Source: Azolla caroliniana | Lineage: Eukaryota; Plantae; Polypodiophyta | DNA: 64,000 nt | Reading direction: 5' to 3' | Assembly (NCBI GenBank): GCA_043228905.1 | Contig: JBHGNT010000002.1 | Span: 9,052,001 to 9,116,000 of the forward strand | Shown here: positions 62,717-64,000 of the stretch, piece by piece | How the letters are laid out: the number at the start of each line of letters is the position of its first letter | How positions within the stretch are numbered: the stretch's first letter is position 1 | The notes under the pieces: model-generated | The model's input: the letters and a program-made list of their open reading frames with translations, nothing else | Databases searched by the model: none | Told to the model about the DNA's origin: nothing | Position numbers and translations under genes: made by a program

Positions 62717-64000
62717 CTCCGGCTTTGTCATGTTCGACGGGGAACGGGTTAGGTGGCGTAGGTCCCAGATAAGGTTTAAGGCAAAACGCATTCACTTTTT
62801 GTCGTAACACTTTCCCGGCCAGCGTGCCCAGTTGAAACGTGCCTTGTTCTGCTCCTACTATCCAGTACGGGCCTATCCAGCGGAATCTTAATTTTCCTGG
62901 CATATGCCCCATGTGTGTTTGGAAAACTAATACCGCTTTTCCAACCGCAAAATCTTTTTCACGTGTATGCCAATGGCGGTCAACAAATGCTTTGCGCCGC
63001 CGTTGTTCCTGCTCTAATATGGCCATACTGCATACCCTTGTTTCTCCTAGCTCTAGCAGTCTCTATAGCCGTATTTGTGCCAATTTGCCCTCTGGTAGCC
63101 GGCCGCGTATTTGAATTCGTAGACTAGGTACCTGGAATTCAACTGGCATCACGACCTCCAAACCAAATGCCAACCTGAACAATGTTGATTGTATGCTGCT
63201 CTTATAGCCGGTACGGTATGCCCATAACGCGTTATGCAACTTGGTGTCCCAATCTATCCTGTTCTCATTGAATATCTTTTCGAGGATAGTTTGGAGTGTT
63301 TTGTTCGTGGATTCCGCCAAGCCATTTGCCTGCGGGTAATACGACGTACTTTTCTTGTGCACTACCGCGTAATGTTGGGTCAGTTCGTTGATGACCGTAT
63401 TCAGAAAGTGACTCCCTTGGTCACTAATGAGCTCGATAGAGCAGCCGAAACGACATCAGATGTGTTCGTACAGGAATTTCGTCGTAACAGCCCCAGTATT
63501 CTCGTGTAGTGGTTTTGCTTCTACCCACTTGGTGCAATAATCCGTAGCCACCAGGACATACTTATTGCTTGTTCGAGCGGCCGTCGGGGTAAAATGTCCC
63601 ACGAAATCTAACCCCCACTTTTGGAAAGGATCTAGTGGCAACACTGGTTGGTGTGGCATTCTTGCGACTTCTGTGGGCTGGCCCAGTCGTTGGCATAAAT
63701 CGCACTGTCTGCAATATTCATACGCGTCCTTTTGCGTCGTCAGCCACCAAAGTCCTGCTTGCCAAATCTTCCGGGCCGTAACATCGCCCACGTAATGTCC
63801 TCCCACCGTACCACAATGGGCTTCGCGTAGAACCGCGGCCTTCTCATCCTGTCGTATTCCACGCCTCCAGATGTCGTCACTGCCCTTGTGGTATAGTATG
63901 TCTACCACTAAATAGAAATTTCGACTCCAGACGGCCAACCGTTTTTTCTCATCCGTCCGTAATTGGGGTGGCGGTAACCCTGTGGTCAGGAAGTAGGTCA
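62712..64000 (-). pseudogene. pol: Tat/Athila-like integrase (H/M family), runs off the window
   Basis: [37 protein letters not shown]. Confidence 0.93.

Overview
Gene-free plant (probably non-seed plant; inference) heterochromatin made almost entirely of nested, mostly degenerate LTR retrotransposons. Four groups are present. (1) Ty1/copia elements with tRNA-iMet PBS and 5-bp TSDs: B 1182-8739, K 22981-45086, J ~32930-44676. (2) Self-priming chromodomain Ty3/gypsy elements: A1 and A2. (3) Tat/Athila-like Ty3/gypsy elements with tRNA-Arg PBS and a large extra 3' ORF: H, M and fragments. (4) An abundant tRNA-Trp-primed Ty3/gypsy lineage with autonomous-type copies (D, D0), a gag-protease-only copy (F) and pol-less copies encoding Gag fused to acidic repeats (C, E, G, L; N truncated). 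Group 4 is the most striking system. It makes 4-bp target duplications centred on CpG at essentially every readable insertion. It has a G_GAU_UUU -1 frameshift with a predicted pseudoknot between protease and RT, a conserved 3' hairpin with a palindromic ACCGGT loop, and antisense tRNA-like Pol III A/B-box modules in several LTRs. Other oddities are a 334-bp palindrome in the position of a 5' LTR and a host MCTP/FTIP C2-domain fragment fused directly to a PBS. No intact host gene, rRNA, true tRNA or CRISPR array is seen. All boundaries were read by eye and no database searches were run. Element letters are my own labels.
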